Source: Octopus sinensis (taxonomy: Eukaryota). Taken from it: 29,256 bases of DNA. Below, piece by piece: positions 21,728 to 29,256 of this stretch. The stretch lies in contig NW_021832957.1 in assembly GCF_006345805.1 (NCBI RefSeq), positions 1-29,256 of the forward strand. Direction: 5' to 3'. The notes under the pieces are model-generated. The model did no database searches and was not told the DNA's origin. It saw only the letters and a list, made by a program, of their open reading frames with translations. A program made the translations under genes and the position numbers. How positions within the stretch are numbered: the stretch's first letter is position 1; each line of letters opens with the position of its first letter.

Positions 21728-22623
21728 TAATAATGATGATAATATAATAATGATAATAATAATAAAATAATAATATAATAATAATAATAATAACAATAGT
21801 AATATACAATATAAGACAAAAACGACGTCATAAACACATGCACAAAATCTTTAAAAGAAAACAAATGCAACGAACTCGCCTCCCTGCCCAAACACTAACA
21901 ACACCAACAAAAAAGATGATACACGATAGTCAACCAAGAAACACTATAACTTTCTCCATTTATAGTTTTTAGTCTCTTCTTGCTATAGTTTTCTTCATTT
22001 TGTTCAGTTCTTTTAGAGTTTTGAGGGTTTTTTCCCGCTTCTGAACGACTCTTTCCTGTGTCGTCTGACTCAATCAAATCTGTTGATGTGAATATTAAGG
22101 ATTAGAGTGGCTTCACAGGCAATCACATCTCTTTAATTCCCAAGATGCTCTCTCTCTCTCTCTCTCACTCAGTCTCCTGCTCTCTTTGTATACCACCAAA
22201 CATAATCTGTGTGTGTATATATATATATGTATGGACATAAATACATGTTTAAATATATATATAATATATATATATAATATATATATATATTACACACATA
22301 CACACATACATATATATGTATATACACGTATACTTAACTAAACCTGATAACGAAATAGATTTTTATATACATCCACGCACTCACGCACACACACACACAA
22401 TATATATATATACACATACACATATATACATACACATATATACACATACACATATTTATATGTATATATATACGTATAAATACACACACACACACTTATA
22501 ATATTCTGCCGTCTTATTTGATTTTGGTTTGTAATGGCGTTTGCTTTACTTCTGTTATTTATTTGCATTTTGTTGTGGTTGTTCTTATTGTTGTTGCTGT
22601 TATTATTATCATTATCATTATTA

Positions 22624-22699
<76 letters not shown>

Positions 22700-23094
22700 T
22701 TCTTTTGATTTCTTTTTTCAAAACCAATCTTTCACTTCAGTTAGAGATGACATACATAAATACTAAAGCAAAAAGTAAAAAAAAAAGAAACAATAAAATG
22801 AAACAACACACATACACACACACGCACACACACACACACACACATACAAACACACACACACACACACACAAACGCACATACACACACATGTAAGTATGTG
22901 ACTATACAGGCACCACACTCAAGCATACAACGATAATAACTGCAACGCCATTCTAGAAATATTTAGGCGCCATTTTCATAATGGACGATAAAAACCCAAA
23001 TGTATCATGAAAGAAGAAAAAATAATTAAGAAAGAAAACTAAAGGAAAAAAATAAGATAAAACAACGAGGAAAATAATAACGGGGAAGAATAGA

Positions 23095-23145
23095 ATATGA
23101 AGACAGAATTACAGAATGTCAGAATGACAGGATGACAGAATAACA
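23095..23145. repeat. Short degenerate (CAGAATGA)n minisatellite
   Basis: ACAGAATTACAGAATGTCAGAATGACAGGATGACAGAATAACAGAG. Confidence 0.7.
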
Positions 23146-23192
23146 GAGATACCAACAAAACGAGAGGAGGCTACCTGTGTGCATCATAGGCA

Positions 23193-23233
<41 letters not shown>

Positions 23234-23234
23234 T

Positions 23235-23286
<52 letters not shown>

Positions 23287-23761
23287 AGTGTGTGTATGTG
23301 TGTGTGTGTGCGTGTATGTGAGTGTGTGAGTGTGTGTGTATGTATATATATATATATATGAACAAGCGAAGTGAAGATGTACACAATGCATCTTGTTCAT
23401 AATATTTTGGAAGCTGAGGCCGCATTTCATCTCTGATCAGATTTTCATGCACAAACGCACAAACGCACACACATATCACTCACACACAAACACACACATA
23501 ATTATATATATATATATATGCATACATACATAGGTATGCATATATATTATATATAATATATATATATTATATATATATATTATAATTATATGCATGTATT
23601 TATAATGTTGGCACTGATAAATGCATATATAGTTAACAAGGCATAAACGCCACTGAGTCCTCTATTTCGACTTCAGTCAAAAGTTACTTGAGGCAAGGCG
23701 ACTGGAAAGCAGCATATGTCCTTGAATTAATATATATATATATATATATATCTATATATAT

Positions 23762-23794
<33 letters not shown>

Positions 23795-24455
23795 CTATAT
23801 ATATATTTTTGTGTGTATGTATGCATATATTGTTTGACGGTCATAAGAATTTATAAACTTTTGAGAGAACGTGAAATAATTAGTTTTGGGAAAAGAGCAT
23901 GTTGAAGCACAAACAGAGTGCTATAAGTAAAATCATGTAAATACTGTGTTGAAAAATCGTTTGGGATTGAAAAATTCCAAGGCTGCCTGTGGTAATCGAG
24001 CCTACGTCTCCTGTAGACATAACAGGTATTCTATTGGACCCACATGCATGTAAATGCAAGAATAAGAAATCAAAGATACAAAAGACTAGACTAGAGCTTT
24101 TTATCATAGAGATAATGTACTTCCATAGAGTCAGAGAAATCTTGGATTCTTGCAAGAAAGATGTTATTTTTGCTGACTATACATTACAGAAATTGGGATG
24201 CGTCCAGTACGCCCTTGTGTCTTTTACCTCATCAAATACATTACGCATTCATGTGTGCATGTTTGCATGTTCTCCTCTCTCTCTCTCTCTCTCTCGCCGC
24301 TTTTTAATCTTAGAGTAAATATTGACCAGTCATCTACTTGATAGTTGTGAAGGAAAACATCTTGTTTTAACCACCATCCTCTAAACCTTTTCATAGTCCC
24401 AGATATGGTGATGATTCGTAGCAAATGAATTAAGGATTTGCGTTCTCTCCCCCAG

Positions 24456-24493
24456 GATCCCAAATTCAGCCGTACGTTGCTTCACAGGATGGG
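24456..24493 (+). CDS. Candidate coding exon 2: DPKFSRTLLHRM-G (38 nt, phase 0-2)
   Basis: Acceptor TTTGCGTTCTCTCCCCCAG| and donor GG|GTATGT; continues exon 1 in frame. Confidence 0.72.
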
Positions 24494-24649
24494 GTATGTA
24501 TCCTCTTGCTTCAATAGTATGTATGACATTATTCAGTTTATTTCAAGATTTCATGCCAAAAGAGAAAGAACCAATTTCTAACCTAGATCCAAGGTTCCTT
24601 CATTGGAAATCAACATCAACAACAGGATATTTTTTGTGTTTGTTTGCAT

Positions 24650-25130
24650 TTATGTATGTATGTATGTATGTATGTATGTATGTATGTATGTATGAGGTCA
24701 TGCATGGTATGTATGTAGGCATGTAGTTTTATGTAGGTATGTATGTATTGGTAGTATGGTTAGGTAGGTATGTATGTATGTAGGTAGGTATGTATGAGGT
24801 AGGTAGGTAGTAGTATGTAGGTGGTAGGTAGGTATGTAGTAGGGGTAGGTATTTAGTTTTTGGTAGTAGGTAGGTAGGTTTGTAGGTAGGTAGGTAGGTA
24901 GGTAGGTAGTAGGTATGTAGATATGGTTGGTAGTATGTAGGTAGGGTAGGTAGGTAGGTAGGTAGGTAGTAAGTAGGTAGGTAGGTTGTATGTAGTGTAT
25001 TAGCTATGTAGCTAGGTATGTATGTAGGTAGGTAGGTAGGTAGGTTGGTAGGTAGGTAGGTAAGTAGTTGGCAGGCAGTAGGTAGGTAGGTATGTAGGTA
25101 GGTAGGTAGGTAGGTAGGTAGGTAGGTGAG
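24650..25130. repeat. Compound (GTAT)n to (GTAG)n tetranucleotide array
   Basis: Direct reading. Confidence 0.95.
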
Positions 25131-25189
25131 TGTATGTGTGTTTACAGATGAATGATGGTGAGTGATGGTTTCATCTGATGATACTTCAG

Positions 25190-25212
25190 TGTGGTCAGCC
25201 GCCGAGGTGAAG
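25190..25212 (+). CDS. Candidate coding microexon 3: (G)-VVSRRGE-(D) (23 nt, phase 2-1)
   Basis: Acceptor TTTCATCTGATGATACTTCAG| and donor AAG|GTAACA; phase fits exon 2 and exon 4. Confidence 0.55.
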
Positions 25213-25384
25213 GTAACAGTGACTGAGAAATTGGAATGTTTCATGTTCTAAAGTGATGTTTCTTTACATCTAGTATTGAGTTCTTTTTCTTAATTGCATG
25301 AGTGGATAATTAAATTTTTTCAATACACATGTGCACGCGCATTAACGCACACACACACACACACACACATAGATTACTTTCAAG

Positions 25385-25424
<40 letters not shown>

Positions 25425-25534
25425 GAAATACATAGAATTGTGTATATACATGAAAATTATAATTATGCTTCTAAGGTTTCTATGTATATACTATATATAT
25501 AGACACACACACACATATATATGTATATCTATCT

Positions 25535-25539
25535 ATCTC

Positions 25540-25600
<61 letters not shown>

Positions 25601-25615
25601 TTATCTATCTATCTA
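25535..25615. repeat. (ATCT)n microsatellite
   Basis: Direct reading. Confidence 0.95.
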
Positions 25616-26798
25616 CTAGCTGGCGTACATATACACACACACACACACACATATATATATGTGTGTGTGTGTGTATATATGTACATGTATATGCATACGT
25701 ATACATGTGCATAGACGTTCACATAGACACACTCATATATGTGTATATATATGTTGGTTGGTGTCCGTTTGAAGGTTTGTGAAATGTATTCGTTTGAGTA
25801 TGTATGAATAAGTGTGTATGCATGCATTGACGTGCATGCGTGTGTGCGTGTTTGTGTGGTGTGCGTGTGTGTGTGTGTGCGTGTCTCTGTGGACACTCTC
25901 CGCTTTCGGAGGTAAAATCGGAACCAAACCTACATTACTCTCTCCTACAACCGAAAACACCAGGGAATCATAAATCAAAGGCTTCCTATCACCGAGATAA
26001 ACCTTCCTAACTAACTTTATTATCGCCAGCAACAGTAGTAGTAGTAGTGTAGTAGTAGTAGTAGTAATAGTAGCAGCAGCAGCAGCAGCATTTGCAGTAG
26101 TAGCTAATTACACTGAGAATGTAAATTGTCCAATGAGATATTCAGACTTTTCTTCATCAATATATGTGCATACGTGTGTGTGTATATTATATATTTTGGG
26201 TGTGTGTGTGTGTGTTTATATATATGTATATATATGTTTATATATATATATTATATTATATATATATATGTATATATACATATGTATGTATATTATATAT
26301 TATATGTTTTATATATATTATATTATATATGTATATATAATTGTATATATATGTATATATGTATGTAATGTATATTATATTATATATATATATTTTTAGT
26401 ATTGTATTTATGTGAAAATATTTAGTAGATGTATAAGATATGTATGATTGTATATTTCTTATATTCACATATATACATACATACAATACTTATATACAAC
26501 TTATCTATATATAAGTATCTATATATATATATATTATATAAGATATATAAATATATATGTTATGTATGTATGATTATATGTATGTTAGTATATATACGTG
26601 TGTATCTATGCATGTGTATCGACACTTAAAAGAGTCTCACAAATACATATATATTACTGTGTGGTGTGTGTGCGTGCGTGATTCTACCTGAGTGTGTATG
26701 AGTGTGTGGATGTTTGTGTGTTTATGTGTGTATGTGTATACACCCATCTATCTATATAGCTGTCATATTTATATACATCGGTGATTTCCCCAATGTAG

Positions 26799-26824
26799 AC
26801 CAGACCAGAAAGTCTTGCTTCAGG
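26799..26824 (+). CDS. Candidate coding microexon 4: (D)-QTRKSCFR (26 nt, phase 1-0)
   Basis: Acceptor GATTTCCCCAATGTAG| and donor AGG|GTAACA; phase restores frame 0. Confidence 0.55.
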
Positions 26825-27031
26825 GTAACAGCTTTATGTTTAATAAGTAGGACGACGACGACGACGACGATGACGACGCAGCCTGTTCCACGCTGACACC
26901 ACCACCAACGCCATTATTATCATAAACATCATCACCGTCATCACTATCATCAGCGTTATCGCATCTTTCATCACCACCACGACCAGTGCCACCTTCATCA
27001 TCGTCCAGTGCCACCTTCATCATCGTCGTCG

Positions 27032-27065
<34 letters not shown>

Positions 27066-27432
27066 TATCCTCATCACCCCCGTCAGTACTCCATCACCAC
27101 CGCCGTCATCATTACTGCCAGCATCGTTGCCGTCGTCAGCATCTCCATCAGTTTCTCTTTAGCTTCGTCATCTCAATCTGTCCTCTGATTAGTCTTATTT
27201 ATTAGTAAGAAACCTAGAATTGGAGACAAACAAACAAACACCCCCCCACACACACACGCACACACACACACACACACACGCACACACATACACATACACA
27301 TACACATTCACATACATATGTACGTACATATGCCTATAGATGCATGCGTGTGAGTATATATATATATATATATATAATACACGTGTTTATGTGTTTGTGT
27401 GTTTGTGCTTGTTTGTTTGTATGCGTGTGTGT

Positions 27433-27497
<65 letters not shown>

Positions 27498-27895
27498 TGT
27501 GCATTCTTTTAATTTGCTAATCAGTTGTGTGAAGAGAATATAAAGATTTACCGAAGAGTTTGAAAAATATATTTGAAACGATTTATGCTCGAGATTTGAT
27601 GTTTGCAGATGTAACAATAAGCGATCGAATACATTATGGATATATTCCGCTAGTTTTTCGCCCCCGCTTCTTCTTTATTAGTTAATTCCCAGGCACTTAT
27701 TATACCTTTATGATTTTAACACTTTTAAGATCGCCGAATTTAATGCTTCTGCCCAAGTGTCGAAACTATAGTGATGTTTGCTTTGATTTTTGACTGTGAA
27801 CATATTACAGTTCTATATTTAAGAGATGAGGAATTATGTACATTATTTACATTATTTACATTTGACGTATATCTGTCCTCATCTCGTTTGTTGTT

Positions 27896-27941
27896 AACAC
27901 AACGTTTCGGCTGATATACCCTCCAGCCTTCATCAGGTATC
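27896..27941 (-). ncRNA. Minimal type-I hammerhead ribozyme fold (Penelope-like-element style)
   Basis: Minus strand: GAUAC [stem I] CUGAUGA A GGCUG-gagggUAUAU-CAGCC [stem II] GAA-ACGU-U [palindromic AACGUU stem III, GUU cleavage triplet] GUGUU [stem I']. Activity was not tested. Confidence 0.7.
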
Positions 27942-27989
27942 TTGGGGAAATTTCGAGCCTGAGTTCTCTTTCCTAAAGTATTTTTAGAT

Positions 27990-28190
27990 CTTCTTCTTCT
28001 TCTTCTTCTTCTTCTTCTTCTTCTTCTTCTTCTTCTTCTTCTTCTTCTTCTTCTTCTTCTTCTTCTTCTTCTTCTTCTTCTTTCTTCTTCTTCTCTTCTT
28101 CTTCTTCTTCTTCTTCTCTTCTTCTCTTCTTCTCCTTCTTTTCTTTCTTCTTCTTCTTCTTCTTCTTCTTCTTCTTCTTCTTCATCATCA
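27990..28190. repeat. (CTT)n polypyrimidine/polypurine tract
   Basis: Direct reading. Confidence 0.97.
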
Positions 28191-28247
28191 TCACCATCAT
28201 CATTACATCATCATATTCTTCTACTTTTTTGGTTGTTGGTTTCGTTC

Positions 28248-28289
<42 letters not shown>

Positions 28290-28336
28290 TTATTATTATT
28301 ATTATATTATTATTCAGGTCACTGGGCACGAGCATG

Positions 28337-28390
28337 TGGCTTAGTGGTTAAGAGCGCGAGTTACTAACCCCAAGTTTCCGAGTTCAATTG
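28337..28390 (+). promoter_or_regulatory. Pol III type-2 internal promoter (A box 28337-28347, degenerate B box 28382-28390)
   Basis: TGGCTTAGTGG fits TRGCNNAGYGG. GTTCAATTG differs from GTTCRANNC at the last position. Spacing is tRNA-like. Confidence 0.6.
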
Positions 28391-28533
28391 CAGGCAGTGA
28401 CCTGAATCATAAAATAATAATAATAATAATATAATAATTATATTATTATTATTATTATATTATTATTATTTATTATTATTATAATATCGAAAAATATCTT
28501 AAGAATGAGAACCCAGGTTCGAATTTCCCCCAA

Positions 28534-28578
28534 GACACCTGATAAGGCTGGAGGATATATCAGCCGAAACGTTGTGTT
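28534..28578 (+). ncRNA. Hammerhead ribozyme fold with damaged core (CUGAUAA); probably inactive
   Basis: GACAC CUGAUAA GGCUG-gaggauauau-CAGCC GAAACGUU GUGUU. It lacks the core G present in the minus copy. Confidence 0.6.
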
Positions 28579-28789
28579 AACACCAAACAGGATGAGGACA
28601 AATACCCATCAAATGTAATAATGTACTTTTTCATGTTGTGTCCGTCGTAAGTTATAAGGTATCCTTCATTGAAATTCTAGTTTCCATAGGGTGAGCTTGG
28701 TTAGGGATAGAATAGGTTAGGGTACTTGGTTTCTTCTTGTTTGTGGTAATTTTTGTTGTCTTCTCTTCTTCTTCTTCGTTCGTCGTCGT

Positions 28790-28965
28790 CGTATGTATCA
28801 TACGCCTGCAATCGCATTGATGGCACTACAATAAAATCTTCCCGATCAAAGGCCAGTTCTGCCGCTGCTTTGCCACTCTTGTCAAACCAGTCCCTTAATA
28901 CCGTGCAATCATTGCGGTATTTCCGACCTCTTGATCCACTATTCTCAGCCTTCCTTCCATCTAAT
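28790..28965 (-). mobile_element. Probable RTE/CR1-type LINE ORF2 C-terminal remnant with short-repeat tail
   Basis: Minus frame ELDGRKAENSGSRGRKYRNDCTVLRDWFDKSGKAAAELAFDREDF...YDT resembles the 'G.R.RGR....D....W.....AEL..A.DR..W' LINE C-terminus and is followed by (GAC)/(GAA) repeats. The similarity is weak and judged by eye. Confidence 0.4.
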
Positions 28966-28979
28966 TCTTCCTACCTACT

Positions 28980-29256
28980 ATAGGCACAAGGCCTGGAAGT
29001 TTGGTGAGGAGACTAGTCCGATCTCATCGACCCCAGTACGGCAAACTTCGTACTTGATTAATCGACTCCAAAAGATGAAAAGCAAACTCGATCTTGGCGG
29101 AATTTGAACTCAAAAGTAACAACGAACAGGCGAAATACTTATTTCTCTTACTACTAACCCACAAGGGGCTAAACACAGAGAGGACAAACAAGGCCAGTCA
29201 AACGGATTAAGTCGATTATATCGACCCAGTGCGTAACTGGTACTTATTTAATCGAC
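28980..29256 (-). mobile_element. Two adjacent SINE family 'A' copies (28980-29140; 29141 to window end)
   Basis: TTAATCGACTCCAAAAGATGAAAAGCAAACTCGATCTTGGCGGAATTTGAACTC, and CCCACAAGGGGCTAAAC...GGTACTTATTTAATCGAC (reverse complement of 20030-20143). Confidence 0.85.

Larger units (their letters stand above)
27835..28324 (-). mobile_element. Hammerhead-bearing SINE-like element, minus copy (head truncated at 28324; internal AAT/GAT/AAG microsatellite)
   Basis: 27835-27990 is the reverse complement of 28487-28630. ATTCAGGTCACTG (28312-28324) is the reverse complement of CAGTGACCTGAAT (28395-28407). Confidence 0.8.
28326..28630 (+). mobile_element. Hammerhead-bearing SINE-like element, plus copy: tRNA-like head, (AAT/ATT)n, hammerhead tail
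   Basis: Head GCATGTGGCTTAGTGGTTAAGAGCGCGAGTTACTAACCCCAAGTTTCCGAGTTCAATTGCAGGCAG, then microsatellite 28410-28485, then tail 28487-28630. Confidence 0.8.

Noticed and set aside
21895-22110. Minus-strand charged, coiled-coil-like frame followed by a hydrophobic stretch
   Set aside because: It is interrupted by stops, has no splice signals and matches no family I recognise.
23880-24318. Overlapping 91-aa and 109-aa ORFs in unique sequence; acceptor-like TTACAG at ~24189
   Set aside because: No recognisable motifs and no usable donor in a phase compatible with exons 1 and 2.
28326-28400. tRNA-like sequence as a genuine tRNA gene (also heads at 4050-4125 and 18240-18300)
   Set aside because: Acceptor and anticodon stems do not pair properly, the B box is degenerate, and each is fused to a repeat body, so these are SINE heads.

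Overview
This is AT-rich animal genomic DNA, about 29 kb, made mostly of microsatellites and decayed transposons. The SINE families and microsatellite density look like Octopus (coleoid cephalopod); that assignment is an inference from repeat content, not a database match. Almost all entries in the supplied ORF track are microsatellite or repeat artefacts. Supportable content: (i) four short AG/GT-bounded plus-strand exons (60, 38, 23 and 26 nt; 20523-26824) that splice in one open frame to a 49-aa peptide I cannot identify; (ii) an inverted pair of elements at 27835-28630, each with a minimal type-I hammerhead-ribozyme fold, around one tRNA-like Pol III head; (iii) two LINE groups embedded in specific microsatellites, namely R4/Dong-like 3' ends in (AAT)n and L1/Tx1-like 3' ends in (TATC)n; (iv) a degraded L1/Tx1 endonuclease-to-RT fragment, mariner-derived MITEs (one palindromic), a hAT MITE with 8-bp TSD, a Helitron-related (HINE/Lep1-like) element, about 15 tRNA-derived SINE copies or fragments, and a perfect 85-bp-arm hairpin. 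No rRNA, intact tRNA gene, CRISPR array or prokaryotic operon was seen.
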